A DNA stretch of 64,000 bases from Candidatus Deferrimicrobiaceae bacterium (GCA_963792415.1 CAWBVY010000001.1:192001-256000), one strand, 5' to 3'. Numbered from the stretch's first letter, positions 45,669 through 56,287 are shown. Numbers and translations: made by a program. Notes: generated from the sequence alone by a model not told the origin.

Positions 45669-47718
45669 GGAAGACGTACCGCATGTAGGAGCGCGTCTCG
45701 CGGTAGGAGATCCGTTCGAGAAACGCCGCCGGATCGCCGTTCGACGGTTTCCACCACCGTTCCACCGCCGCCTCCCCCGCGTTGTACGCCGCCACCGCAC
45801 GGAAGTAGTCCCCCCCGTATCCCTTCATCAGGCCTGACAGGTACGCCGCGCCGAGACGGATGTTCACGTCCGGACGCAGCAGATCGTTCCTGTGGGGCTT
45901 CGGCATCTTCTCCTTCCGCGCCACCTCCGCCGCCGTCCGGGGCATCAGCTGCATCAGTCCCACGGCGCCGGCGGAGGAGAGGACGTCCGACTGGAAACGC
46001 GACTCCTGGCGGATGACCGCGTTGAGGAGGAACGGGTCGATCCCGGAGCGTCGGCGATCGCAATCCGGGAGGAACTCGGGGGCGATAGGATACTGGATCT
46101 GATCCGTGAGCCCCGGGCGCTCCGGGTCGAGGCGGACGTTCGCCGTTTCGCGGATCGCCCCTTTCAGGTCGCCGGCAAGGTACCGGAAGAGGCCCTGCGT
46201 CCCGCCGTCTCCCGTCCCGATCGCCTTCCGCGCCGCCGCGCGGTCGACCAGCGAAGCCTCGAGGACGGCGTAGTCGATCACCCCCAGGAGAGTGAGCCGT
46301 TCCGCCCGCCGGACCCTCTCGGCGTCGTCCGCTCCCCAGTCCGCCTGGTGGATCCGCTCCCAAAGCCGGGCCCGCTCCTCGCCGCACGCCTTCGTCTCCT
46401 CGCTGGAGGGAGCGTCGAGGAACCGGAACGCTTCCTCTCCCCGCTCCCTCGTTGCGAAGATCCCGTAGATTCCGGCGAACGCGTCTCCGCCGAGATCCGC
46501 GAAGATCGGCTCCGCCTCGGCTCCCCTGCCGGCGTCGCGAAGCGCCCTCGCCTTCCAGTACCGGTGCCGGGCGCGCTCCACCGTTCCGCCCCCCCCGGTC
46601 TCCCCGACTTCGAACGCAGCGATCGCCTCGGCGAGTCGTCCCGTCCGATACAACCCGTAGGCGTAGCGGAACCGCGCTTCCTGCCGGATCGAATCGTTCC
46701 CCGCGTTCCCCAGGCGCCCGAACGATTCGGTCGCCCCCGCGAGATCCCCCTCGTCCTCGGCAATCCACGCCGCAAAGTAGCGGGCCCGGTCCGCCGTCCC
46801 CGGAAGGGCATCCCCCTCCGCGATTTCGAGAAACTCCTTGCGCGCCTCGGCGAGGCGTCCGGCCTTCCAATCGACCCGTGCGCGGAGAAAGCGGGCCTCC
46901 GACCGGAACGCCGGGGGTGCGTCCGCCAGGTGCTTTTCCAGAAGCGCGGCCGCCGCCGTGGTATCCCCCTTCTTCCTGAGGAACTCGCCATAGTCGAGGA
47001 CCAGGGCGAAATACTCCTCCGAAGCGGGGAATCGGGCGACCGCCTCTTCGAAGAGCGCCCTCGCCCGTTCCGCTTCCCCGGCCAGTGCGGCCGCCTTGGC
47101 GAACTTCGCGTAGAACCCGGGCGACAGGCTCCATCCCGTCAGCAGGCCGTCGGCCCGCCACTCCCAAAGGCGATCGAAGGAGAGGATCCCGGCCTCCCGT
47201 GCCGCGTATGCCGAGAAATTCTCCAGGTGCAGCGCCGCCGCTTGCGGCGTGGGGGACCCGTCGCCCGAGAGAAACGCGGCGATATACCCTTCCTCCGCCT
47301 TTCGTCGACTGCCGCTCACCTTCCCGCGGGAGAGTCCGAACGCTTCGCGGGACCCGGCGACGTCGTTGTCGAGGACCGCCGCGTAGGCGACGTCGTGCCG
47401 GAGATACGGGAGCAGGGGGGACCCGGGGAACTTCTCCTGGAGCAGACGCAACGACTCTTCCGCTTCGGGCCGCTTCCCCTCGCGCGCGGCGGCCTCCCCG
47501 CCGAAGTACACCACGTAATCCCCGAGGTCGTATTCGAGGGGAGGAATCGTCGCGAATGCCGCGCGGGCCTCCGCGTTCTGTTCCTTCTGCAGAAGGGACC
47601 ACCCCTCCCGAAACGCGGCGTCGTGTCCCGGCACGGAAGCGGAGGCGACCGCGAAATCCGGGCACAGGGAGAGGAAGGCGAGAATCCAGAGCATGTGAAG
47701 TCGTTTCGGCAACGGCAC
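45451..47718 (-). CDS. Soluble lytic transglycosylase with TPR repeats (Slt70-like)
   Basis: IRQES, GAVGLMQLMP, AAYNAG and ETRSY motifs; signal peptide. The start could instead be ATG 47694. Confidence 0.9.
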   Translation of the reverse strand: MPLPKRLHMLWILAFLSLCPDFAVASASVPGHDAAFREGWSLLQKEQNAEARAAFATIPPLEYDLGDYVVYFGGEAAAREGKRPEAEESLRLLQEKFPGSPLLPYLRHDVAYAAVLDNDVAGSREAFGLSRGKVSGSRRKAEEGYIAAFLSGDGSPTPQAAALHLENFSAYAAREAGILSFDRLWEWRADGLLTGWSLSPGFYAKFAKAAALAGEAERARALFEEAVARFPASEEYFALVLDYGEFLRKKGDTTAAAALLEKHLADAPPAFRSEARFLRARVDWKAGRLAEARKEFLEIAEGDALPGTADRARYFAAWIAEDEGDLAGATESFGRLGNAGNDSIRQEARFRYAYGLYRTGRLAEAIAAFEVGETGGGGTVERARHRYWKARALRDAGRGAEAEPIFADLGGDAFAGIYGIFATRERGEEAFRFLDAPSSEETKACGEERARLWERIHQADWGADDAERVRRAERLTLLGVIDYAVLEASLVDRAAARKAIGTGDGGTQGLFRYLAGDLKGAIRETANVRLDPERPGLTDQIQYPIAPEFLPDCDRRRSGIDPFLLNAVIRQESRFQSDVLSSAGAVGLMQLMPRTAAEVARKEKMPKPHRNDLLRPDVNIRLGAAYLSGLMKGYGGDYFRAVAAYNAGEAAVERWWKPSNGDPAAFLERISYRETRSYMRYVFLNLLQYYRIYRPERFARHFPKPPAEVMKAADAAPLPPPGVPGDNVLSPPPTHEASPIEPPPPPPPAGTPDGQ

Positions 47719-47849
47719 CTCCAGGCGGCAACTGCCCGGAGGCAGACCGTCATGATATTATCGCGAAGTAGAGCGCAATAACACAAGGTTCGTGCAGCGT
47801 CTCGCACATATCAGGACATTTGCCGGCCGCTGCGCCCGGGAAGGACTCC

Positions 47850-48695
47850 TTGAACGTTTCCCTGTCGACGCACCTGTTCGCCTTCCACGACCTGGACGAG
47901 GCGATTTTTCCGCTCTTTCCCCGGTACGGTTTCTCCCTCGCGGAGATCTGGGCGATGCCGCCCCACTTCCCGTCCGGCGACTTCACGGCCGCCGACGCGG
48001 TCGCCCGGCGGATGGCTTCGCTCGGCATCCGTGTGGCGAGCGTCCATGCTCCCCTGTACCCGGACGTCCGGACGTACAAGAAGGACCGATGGTACTCCCT
48101 CTCCTCCGTGGACGAGGCGCACCGCCTCGAGTCCGTCGCGGTGACCGCACGGGTCGCCGGGTGGCTGGCGCGCAACGGCGGGGGAACGGTCGTCCTCCAC
48201 ACCTCGTTTCCTGCCGGACAGTGGTACCCGCACCGGTGGGGCGCCTTCCTCTCCTCGATGAACGAGCTCCTCGACGCCGTCCCCGCCGGCGTCCGCTTCG
48301 CGGTAGAGAACACCCCGGTCGACTCCGGCCAGGTGGGCGTCATCCTCGACATCGTGGAACGGTACCCGGCGGAGAGGGTGGGCGTCTGCCTGGACCTCGG
48401 CCATGCGCACATCGAGGAGAACGTGCTTTCCGCCGTGCGCGCGGCGGGTCCCCGCCTGATCCACGTCCACGCCTCGGACAACCGCGGGGAAAAGGACGAA
48501 CACCTCGTTCCGGGAAAGGGGGGGATCCCGTGGAACGGCGTCACGGCCGCGCTTCGGGAAGCCGGCTTCGGCGGTCCCTTCACCGTGGAGCTTCGGGACT
48601 ACACACGCGGGGAGAAGCCGGCGTACAAGGACTTCGACCGGATCCTCGCCGAGTGCCGCGCCTCCCTCGACCGGATGTTCCGGGAAACCCCGTGA
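47850..48695 (+). CDS. Sugar phosphate isomerase/epimerase (xylose isomerase-like TIM barrel)
   Basis: SVHAP, VEN, LDLGHA, HVHASDN, DEHL.PG.G and VE metal ligands; TTG start after AAGGA. Confidence 0.82.
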   Translation: MNVSLSTHLFAFHDLDEAIFPLFPRYGFSLAEIWAMPPHFPSGDFTAADAVARRMASLGIRVASVHAPLYPDVRTYKKDRWYSLSSVDEAHRLESVAVTARVAGWLARNGGGTVVLHTSFPAGQWYPHRWGAFLSSMNELLDAVPAGVRFAVENTPVDSGQVGVILDIVERYPAERVGVCLDLGHAHIEENVLSAVRAAGPRLIHVHASDNRGEKDEHLVPGKGGIPWNGVTAALREAGFGGPFTVELRDYTRGEKPAYKDFDRILAECRASLDRMFRETP

Positions 48696-49780
48696 CGGAG
48701 GGGGTCGACCTCGCGGCGCTGCGCGCCGGGCTCGCCGCCCTCTTCCCCGGCACGGACCCGATGTCGGCCAAGGTGTCCGAACTCGCGGGGGACGCATCCA
48801 CCCGCCGTTACTACCGCGTCGGGATCGCCCCCGGGGCCCCCGTCCCGTCCGTCGTCGTGATGCGGTACCCGGACGCGCCGCCGCCGGAGGAGGAGCTCCC
48901 CTTCCTGAACGTCCACCGCTACCTGGCGGCCGCCGGGGTCCCAGTCCCTGTCGTGTACCGTTCCGACCCGAAGGCGAACCTCCTTTTCCTCGAGGACGCG
49001 GGGGATACGATGCTGGAGGACGCGGTCCGCGACCTTGGCGTGAACGGCTCCCTGCCGCTCTACGAGCAGTGCGTGGAGATCCTGGTCCGGATCCAGTCCG
49101 AGGGTACCGCCGCGCTCGACGGAAAGGCGATCCCCGCGCGGCTCGCCTTCGACGTCGCGAAATTCACCGGGGAGATCGACTTCTTCTTCCGGCACGCCGT
49201 GCGGGAATTCGGCGGGATCCCGCTGTCCGATCGGGAAGAGCGGGCGATCGGGGACCTTTTCCACCCGTTCCTCGAGCAGCTGTCCGCCTTCCCGCGAGTG
49301 CTCTCCCACCGGGATTACCACAGCCGCAACGTGATGGTGATCGGCTCCGCGAAGGTCCCCGCACACCGGAACCTGCGGGTCCTCGACTTCCAGGACGCAC
49401 GGATGGGAAACGTCTTCTACGACCTCGCCTCGCTGCTGCGCGATTCCTACGTCACCTTGCCGGAGGGCGCGGTCGAGGACCTTCGCTACGCCTGGCGGCA
49501 CGCCGCCACGGCGGAGCTGCGAGGCGCCGCCGGGGACCCCGGCGCCTTCGCCTGGCGGTTCGATCTGGCCGCGCTTCAGCGCAACGTGAAGGCGATCGGG
49601 ACCTTCGGCAACCAGGCGCACAACCGCGGGAAGCGGATCTACCTTCGCTTCATCCCGCCCACGGTCGCCCACCTGCGGGGGAACTTCGAACGGAACCCGC
49701 CGATGCGCGCCCTCGCGGGAAGGCTCCTCCCGATCCTGTCGGCGCTTGCCGAAAAAGCCGCGGCGGGGAACCCGTCGTGA
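48692..49780 (+). CDS. amgK: MurNAc/GlcNAc anomeric kinase AmgK-like phosphotransferase
   Basis: LAGDASTRRYYR, LEDAGD, HRDYHSRN, LDFQDA and QRNVKAIGTF motifs; coupled to the nucleotidyltransferase. Confidence 0.82.
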   Translation: MTEGVDLAALRAGLAALFPGTDPMSAKVSELAGDASTRRYYRVGIAPGAPVPSVVVMRYPDAPPPEEELPFLNVHRYLAAAGVPVPVVYRSDPKANLLFLEDAGDTMLEDAVRDLGVNGSLPLYEQCVEILVRIQSEGTAALDGKAIPARLAFDVAKFTGEIDFFFRHAVREFGGIPLSDREERAIGDLFHPFLEQLSAFPRVLSHRDYHSRNVMVIGSAKVPAHRNLRVLDFQDARMGNVFYDLASLLRDSYVTLPEGAVEDLRYAWRHAATAELRGAAGDPGAFAWRFDLAALQRNVKAIGTFGNQAHNRGKRIYLRFIPPTVAHLRGNFERNPPMRALAGRLLPILSALAEKAAAGNPS

Positions 49781-50688
49781 AGGCGATGATCCTCGCCGCC
49801 GGGCTTGGAACGCGCCTTCGGCCCCTCTCCCTCGAGATCCCGAAGCCGGTCATCCCCGTGCTGGGCCGGCCGCTGTGCGGCCACGCGATGGCGTTCCTCC
49901 GCGGACACGGCGCCGAATCGTTCCTCCTCAACCTCCACCACGGGCCGGAGACGGTCCGGGAGAAGGTGACGGCGTGGGCGGCGAACCGGTTTCCGGTCGA
50001 ATTCACGCACGAGCCGGAGATCCTCGGGACCGGGGGCGGGATCGGAAACGCGAGGGAGTACCTGCGCGGCGAAACGTTCCTGACCGCCAACTCCGACGCG
50101 GTCGCGCGGTTCCCGCTCGGGAACGCCCTCGCCCGTCACCGTGCGAACGGCGCACTGGCCACCCTCGTCCTCCTTCCCGACCGATCGAAGCGGTACACCC
50201 CCGTCCGTGTTCGGGACGACGGGCGGATCGCCGGGTTCGGCACGGCCGCCCCCGCCGGGGCGTTCGAGGGGTTCTACACCGGGTACCTGATCGCGGAACC
50301 CGAGTTGCTCGACCGGATCCCGCGCGGCCGGCCGTCCTGCATCGTCCGGGACACGTTCCTCCCGCTGATCGCGACGGGGGCGCCGATATTCGCCTTCATG
50401 ACGGAGGGGACTTTCCTCGACTTCGGGACGCCGGCGGATTACCTGCGCGGAACGCTTGCCCTTCTCGCGGAGCGCGAGGCCGGCGAGGGACCGCACTTCC
50501 TCGCGCACCCGCGGGCGTCGATCGGAAAAGGCGCGACCGTCGGACCCGACGCGGTCGTCGAGGAGGGCGCCTCCGTGGGGGCCGGCGCCACCGTCCGCCG
50601 CGCGATCCTCTGGCCCGGCGCCGTCGTTCCGCCCGGTGCGCTCGTCGAGAACGGGATCCTCACGCCGCGCGGGTTCGTCCCGGCTTAG
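49777..50688 (+). CDS. murU: Sugar-1-phosphate nucleotidyltransferase, MurU-like
   Basis: KAMILAAGLGTRLRPL...PKP, LNLHH, LGTGGG and DFGTP motifs; follows amgK. Confidence 0.75.
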   Translation: MKAMILAAGLGTRLRPLSLEIPKPVIPVLGRPLCGHAMAFLRGHGAESFLLNLHHGPETVREKVTAWAANRFPVEFTHEPEILGTGGGIGNAREYLRGETFLTANSDAVARFPLGNALARHRANGALATLVLLPDRSKRYTPVRVRDDGRIAGFGTAAPAGAFEGFYTGYLIAEPELLDRIPRGRPSCIVRDTFLPLIATGAPIFAFMTEGTFLDFGTPADYLRGTLALLAEREAGEGPHFLAHPRASIGKGATVGPDAVVEEGASVGAGATVRRAILWPGAVVPPGALVENGILTPRGFVPA

Positions 50689-52254
50689 GCGCAGGCCGGG
50701 TCGCCGGGGAGGCACGCTTTTCCCGGGTTCCCCTTCGTGTAGAGGAGGAGTGCGCTGCCGTAAGAAGCGGCAAACGCGCCCCGCCGTTCGAACTCCGCCG
50801 ACAACCCGCACAGCGTCCGCACCCCGATGGCGAAGAGATCCTCCCTCCCCGTCGCCCGCGCGCAGCGCAGCAGGGCGGACGCGGTGTGCGCGTTGGGAGC
50901 GAACGGGTACAGCGGCTGCGAAAGTCCGCCGAAATCCCCCTCCGAGGGGAGGCGGTCGAGAAAACCGGCCGCTTCCGGCCGGTACAGAACCGGGATGGCA
51001 TCGGAGAGGGCCTCCTCCGCCCACCGCAGGTACTCTTCCTTCCCCGTGGCGTCGTGCAGGTCGAGATACGAGGTGGCCATGGCCGCGTGATCGGCGAGCC
51101 AACCGATGGGGAACCTTCCCCTCTTCCCCGGGAGGCGCAAGGAATCGCGCCACTCCCGCCTCCCGGGAGGTCATCCTCTCCCGGAGGAAACGGCCGAGCC
51201 GTTCCGCCCGGGCCAACAGGGAGTCTCCCCCCCCGGAGGCCGGGGCGCCGAACGCCCGGTGCGCCGCGACGAGGCCGGAAACCGCCTTCGCGTTGTACTC
51301 GGAGAAGATCGTCCGGTCGACCGACGGCGCCGTCCGGAGCGCCCGTTCCCCTTCCGGCAGGGGGTAATACGTCTCGTCCGCGTCCTGGCTTCCGAAGAAG
51401 GCGCCGGTGGAGGGATCGTACAGCCTCGTGAGGAGGAACCGGAGGACGTCGCGGACGGCGGCGGCGAACGACTCCTCCGCGGTCAACTCGTACGCGGAGG
51501 CAAACAGCCAAAGCAGTTCCGCGTTATCGGCCAGCATCTTCTCGTAGTGCGGGACGGTCCAGTCCCGGCGCGTTGCATACCGGAAAAATCCGCCTTCCAC
51601 CCGGTCCAGCAGTTCCGATCCCGCCATCCTCCGGAGCACCGCCAGCAGCGTCTCCCCCGCCTCGTGGTTCCCCTCGGCGATCCACGCGTCCCGGAGGAAG
51701 GCGAGGATCTCCGTGACGGGGAACTTCGGCTCCCGGAAGAACCCCGGGTGGGCCGGATCGTATTGCGACAGGACGGCGTGCTTGACGAGCGGAAGGTCTT
51801 CCGGCCGCGGCGCCTCCGGAGCCTCGGACCGCTCCGCGGCTCCCGCGGTCCCCGGGTTCCCCGCGTCCCGGAGGTAGGCATCGACCCGCTCACGGTCCCG
51901 ACGGTAGAAGTCCCGGCACTTCTCGAGCAGGCCGGCCAGCGCGTCCGGGGGAAGATACGTCGCGCCCGTCAGGAGCCTCCCGTCCGGCAGGAGCACCGCC
52001 GTGGTGGGCCACCCGCCCTGGTTGTACCGGTCGTTGATGTCCGGTCTCCGGTCGGTGTCCACACGGATGGCGATGTAATCGTCGTTCAGCATCCGGACCA
52101 CCCGCGGGTCGGCGAGGGAGGTCCGGTCCAGCACGTGGCACCAGTGGCACCACGTGGCGCCGATGTCGAGGAAGATCAGCTTCCCCTCGGTCCCCGCCCG
52201 CGCCAGCGCCCCGGGCTCCCACTCGTTCCAACGGATGTCCGCGGGTATCTTCAT
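50685..52254 (-). pseudogene. Thioredoxin-like DUF255 / YyaL (SSP411) family protein with a frameshift (possibly a sequencing error)
   Basis: WCHWCH, GGWPTT, GGFFRYAT and PHYEKMLADNA in one frame; LADHA...LDL and NAHTA in another. Shift near 51105-51135 in G/C runs. Confidence 0.8.
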
Positions 52255-52317
52255 GAAATTTATCCCCTCCCTGCTTCGATGTTCGGAACCGGCGGACGGT
52301 TCGCGGCAACGCGCGGA

Positions 52318-53115
52318 TCAGCCGTGAAATTGCAGGTAGAAGCAGAGGGCCGCGAGGCAGGCGGTGTACGGGGCGAAGCGATGGAAGCGCCCCTTCACGA
52401 CGAGGCGCTCGACCAGCAGGAGAGCGATGTACCCGACGACGAGGGCCACGAGAAACCCCGCGACGGACAGGGTGACGCCCGGCAGGTGGGAGACCCCTTT
52501 CATCATGGTGAAGAGGGCCCCGCCGAGGATCGCCGGGATGGAGATGAGAAAGGAGAACTTCGCCGCGCGGCGCGGGGCGATCCCCAGCATGAGGGCCAGG
52601 ACGATCGTGGAGCCGGAACGGGACAGTCCCGGGAAGACCGCCAGACCCTGGATGACGCCGATCGCGGCCGCCTCCCACCCGTCGATCCGCTCGGGGTTCT
52701 CCTTGTGGCGGAACCGCAGGTTCGTCAGGAGGAGCAGCGTGGTCAGGACGAGGTAGCGCGCGCCGACGCCCCCGAACGTGAGCCCCGTCTCGACGGTCCG
52801 GTGGAAGGCGACCCCGATGATGCCGGTGGGGATCGAGGCGGCGAGGACCAGCCAGATATCGCGGTGGCCCCACTCCGACGGCGCCGCCCACGGATCCCGC
52901 CGAAACAGGGACGCCACGATCGAGGCGATCTCGAAGCGCAGGAAGAAGAGGACGGCGACCAGCGTCCCGAGGTGGAGCAGCAGGTCGAACGCGAGTTCGG
53001 GCTCGCGGATCCCGAAGAGGCGCTGGGCAAGGAGCAGGTGCCCCGAGCTGCTGACGGGGAGGAACTCGGTCGCGCCCTGGAGCAGCCCGAGAAGGACCGA
53101 CTGGAGGAAGGTCAT
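52318..53115 (-). CDS. uppP: Undecaprenyl-diphosphatase
   Basis: QGATEFLPVSSSGH and PGLSRSGST motifs. Confidence 0.93.
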   Translation of the reverse strand: MTFLQSVLLGLLQGATEFLPVSSSGHLLLAQRLFGIREPELAFDLLLHLGTLVAVLFFLRFEIASIVASLFRRDPWAAPSEWGHRDIWLVLAASIPTGIIGVAFHRTVETGLTFGGVGARYLVLTTLLLLTNLRFRHKENPERIDGWEAAAIGVIQGLAVFPGLSRSGSTIVLALMLGIAPRRAAKFSFLISIPAILGGALFTMMKGVSHLPGVTLSVAGFLVALVVGYIALLLVERLVVKGRFHRFAPYTACLAALCFYLQFHG

Positions 53116-53125
53116 CGGGAGGGAA

Positions 53126-54496
53126 TCACGCGCGGACCGCCGCGCGGGCGCGCTCCACGGCTTTCTCCATCACGCCGCGGATCCGCCGCACGGCCGCCTC
53201 GTCCCGCCCCTCGAACCGCAGCACGAGCACCGGTTGGGTGTTGGAGGCCCGGACCAGTCCCCACCCTCCGTCGAAAAGGGCCCGGATCCCGTCGACGTCG
53301 ATCACCTCCCGCGCCTGCGGCGCGACGATCCGCGCCACCTCTTCCACCACCCGGAACTTGATCTCGTCGGGGCAATCGACGCGGATCTCGGGGGTGGACA
53401 CGACGGGCGGCAGGTCCGACAGGAGGGCGCTCAACGGACGCCGTTCCTTCGCGAGGATCTCGAACAGCCGCGCGGAGGCGTAGATGGCGTCGTCGAACCC
53501 GAGATACCGGTCCCGGAAGAAGACGTGCCCGCTCATCTCCCCCGCCAGTTCGGCGTTTTCCTCCTTCATCTTCGCCTTGATGAGGGAGTGCCCCGCCTTC
53601 CACATCACCGGGCGCCCGCCGTGCCGCGCGATGTCGTCGTAGAGGTTCTGCGACGACTTCACCTCGGAGATGATCGCCGCTCCCGGCTTGCGCGACAGGA
53701 TCTCCCGCGCGAACAGGACCAGCAGGTAATCCCCGTAGATCACGTTCCCCTTTTCGTCGACCGCCCCGATCCGGTCTGCGTCGCCGTCGTACCCGACCCC
53801 GACATCGGCCCCGACCTCCCTCACTTTTTCCACGAGGGACCGGAGGTTCTCCGGAACCGTCGGGTCCGGGAAGTGGTTGGGGAACCGGCCATCCGGGTCG
53901 CAGAACAGCTCGGTGACCTCCATCCCCATCTCCCGGAACAGGGCGGGGGCCACCGCTCCGCCCGTTCCGTTTCCCGCGTCGACGACCACCTTGAGCTTCC
54001 GCGGGATCGAAAGGTTCTCCGCGACGAACTTCATGTACGCGGGAATGATCTCCCGGGAGACGATTTCCCCCTTCCCTTCGCGGAACACACCCCTCTCGAT
54101 GACGCGCCGGAGCTCCTGGATCCGCTCCCCGTAAAGCGTGCCGGCCCCGACGCACAGCTTGAAGCCGTTGAACTCGGGGGGGTTGTGGCTCCCTGTTATC
54201 ATGACGCCTCCGTCGGCGCCGAAATGGTGGATGGCGAAATAAAGGAGGGGCGTCGGGCAGACGCCCACGTCGATCACCTTCAGTCCGGCGGAGAGGAGCC
54301 CCTCCGCGATCGCATCCCGGAACCCGGGCGACGAAAGGCGGATGTCGCGTCCGAGCGCCACCGTCCGGACGCCGACCAAAGCCGCGAGCGTGGCGTACCC
54401 CTTCCCGAGCAGGACGACCGCGTCCCGGTGAAGATCCCTCCCCACCAGGCCGCGGACGTCGTACTCGCGGAAGATCTGCGGATTGAGCGGCGCCAT
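53126..54496 (-). CDS. Phosphomannomutase/phosphoglucomutase (AlgC-like)
   Basis: IFREYDVRG, TGSHNP, DGDADR, GEMSGH and RASNT motifs. The true start is ATG 54496 (TGATG coupling). Confidence 0.93.
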   Translation of the reverse strand: MAPLNPQIFREYDVRGLVGRDLHRDAVVLLGKGYATLAALVGVRTVALGRDIRLSSPGFRDAIAEGLLSAGLKVIDVGVCPTPLLYFAIHHFGADGGVMITGSHNPPEFNGFKLCVGAGTLYGERIQELRRVIERGVFREGKGEIVSREIIPAYMKFVAENLSIPRKLKVVVDAGNGTGGAVAPALFREMGMEVTELFCDPDGRFPNHFPDPTVPENLRSLVEKVREVGADVGVGYDGDADRIGAVDEKGNVIYGDYLLVLFAREILSRKPGAAIISEVKSSQNLYDDIARHGGRPVMWKAGHSLIKAKMKEENAELAGEMSGHVFFRDRYLGFDDAIYASARLFEILAKERRPLSALLSDLPPVVSTPEIRVDCPDEIKFRVVEEVARIVAPQAREVIDVDGIRALFDGGWGLVRASNTQPVLVLRFEGRDEAAVRRIRGVMEKAVERARAAVRA

Positions 54497-55941
54497 CAGT
54501 CGATGTGGATTTCCATGTAGGCCTTCGCCACGCGGCGTGCGACCTTGGTCCGGTGGGCGGCGCGGGCGACCTCCTTGGCGACCATCACCGGGACTTTCCG
54601 GTTGAACATCGACGGGATGATGTAGTCCTCGGTGAGCTCCTCCTTCCCGACGCAGGAGGCGATGGCGTAGGCCGCCGCCAGCTTCATCTCCTCGTTGATG
54701 CAGGAGGCCCGCGAATCGAGCGCCCCGCGGAAGACCCCCGGGAAGACCAGGGAGTTGTTGATCTGGTTCGGATAGTCGGAGCGGCCCGTCGCCATGACCC
54801 GCACGTACGGCAACGCCTCCTCCGGATGGATCTCGGGATCGGGGTTCGCCATCGCGAAGACCAGCGGGTCCTTCGCCATCTTCTTCAGGTCGTCCACCGT
54901 GATGAGCCCGGGGCCGGCCAGCCCGAGGAACAGGTCCGCTCCCGCCATGATGTCCGACAGCTTCCCCTTCTCGTTGAACGGGTTGGTGTGCGCCGCGTAC
55001 CAGTCCTTCATGAAGTTCATATGCTGCTTGCGTCCCTTGTAGATCGCCCCGATGCGGTCCACGCCGATGATGTTCCGCGCCCCGGCGTTCAGGAAGATCT
55101 TGCTGCACGCCACGCCCGAGGCCCCCACGCCCGCCACCACGATCTTCATGTCCTCGATCCGCTTCTTGACGATCTTCAGGGAGTTCAGCAGCGCGGCCAG
55201 CACGACCACCGCCGTCCCGTGCTGGTCGTCGTGGAAGACCGGGATCCCCATCTCGGCCTTCAGGCGATCCTCGATCTCGAAGCAGCGCGGCGCGGAGATG
55301 TCCTCGAGGTTGATCGCCCCGAAGGTGGGCTCGAGCGCCTTGACGATCCGGATGATCTCCTCGGTGTCCTTTGTCTTGAGGCAGATCGGCCAGGCGTCGA
55401 TCCCGCCGAACTCCTTGAAGAGCATCGCCTTCCCTTCCATGACGGGCATCGCGGCCTCGGGACCGATGTCGCCCAGGCCCAGGACCGCCGTCCCGTCCGA
55501 AACGACCGCGACGGAGTTCCGGCGGGTGGTGAGGGAGAACGACTTCTTCACGTCCTTTGCGATCGCCATGCAGACGCGGGCCACCCCGGGGGTGTACGCC
55601 ATGGAAAGGTCGTTCCGGGTCTTGATCGGAACCTTGGGGTGGATCTCGATCTTCCCCCCCAGGTGCATCAGGAAGGTCCGGTCGGAGACGTTCACGATCT
55701 TTATCCCCGGGATCGCTTTCACGACGTTGATGATCTCCTGGGCATGGTCGAGACCGCGGGCCCGGGCCGTAACGTCCCGGATCACCGTCCCCTTTCCGTG
55801 GCCGGAGAGGTCGACGGCTCCGATGTCGCCGCCCACACTGCCGATCGCGGTGGTAACCAGGCCGAGCATGCCGACCTTGTTCTGGATCTCCAGCCGCATC
55901 GTGATGCTGTAGCTTTCGCTTGGGGCGAGCATTGGTGCCAT
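54496..55941 (-). CDS. NAD(P)-dependent malic enzyme with N-terminal ACT domain
   Basis: YTPGV, DGTAVLGLG, NLEDISAP, FHDDQHGT, ANPDPE and NQINN motifs; GGAGG RBS. Confidence 0.93.
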   Translation of the reverse strand: MAPMLAPSESYSITMRLEIQNKVGMLGLVTTAIGSVGGDIGAVDLSGHGKGTVIRDVTARARGLDHAQEIINVVKAIPGIKIVNVSDRTFLMHLGGKIEIHPKVPIKTRNDLSMAYTPGVARVCMAIAKDVKKSFSLTTRRNSVAVVSDGTAVLGLGDIGPEAAMPVMEGKAMLFKEFGGIDAWPICLKTKDTEEIIRIVKALEPTFGAINLEDISAPRCFEIEDRLKAEMGIPVFHDDQHGTAVVVLAALLNSLKIVKKRIEDMKIVVAGVGASGVACSKIFLNAGARNIIGVDRIGAIYKGRKQHMNFMKDWYAAHTNPFNEKGKLSDIMAGADLFLGLAGPGLITVDDLKKMAKDPLVFAMANPDPEIHPEEALPYVRVMATGRSDYPNQINNSLVFPGVFRGALDSRASCINEEMKLAAAYAIASCVGKEELTEDYIIPSMFNRKVPVMVAKEVARAAHRTKVARRVAKAYMEIHID

Positions 55942-56032
55942 GATTCCTCCCTCCGTGAGTTGGTAGTGCGGTATCAACCGGGTATTCTAGGCGGGCCGGA
56001 CCCCGCAATTCAAGGAAATTGCCCTCTCGGTG

Positions 56033-56287
56033 TCACCTCGCCATTTCGCGGCGGTAGACCATCACATCGAACCCCTGGACGTCAACCTCGAAGACGAATT
56101 CCTGAACGGCGCAGGTGAAGAGTTCCCCGTGCTCGTGCGCACCGGGACCGGCGGCGAACGCCCCCATGGCGACGAGCGCGTCGATCAGCCCGCGCACCTC
56201 GCGGAACGTCAAATCCATGGCGGTGATGATGTTGTAGACGCGCCCGTTGTGGTAGATCGGGTACACGTCGAAATCGTCCGATTCCAT
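56033..56287 (-). CDS. Hypothetical protein (84 aa)
   Basis: ORF with an RBS-like purine tract and GC-rich third codon positions. Confidence 0.65.
   Translation of the reverse strand: MESDDFDVYPIYHNGRVYNIITAMDLTFREVRGLIDALVAMGAFAAGPGAHEHGELFTCAVQEFVFEVDVQGFDVMVYRREMAR

Noticed and set aside
49639-52254. 871-aa DUF255 protein overlapping murU
   Set aside because: The extension comes from a frameshift near 51120; the real C-terminus is in the 50685-51140 frame.
53126-56008. 960-aa ORF as a large fusion protein
   Set aside because: Only the part from ATG 54496 is PMM/PGM; the upstream part is an off-frame read through the malic enzyme gene.
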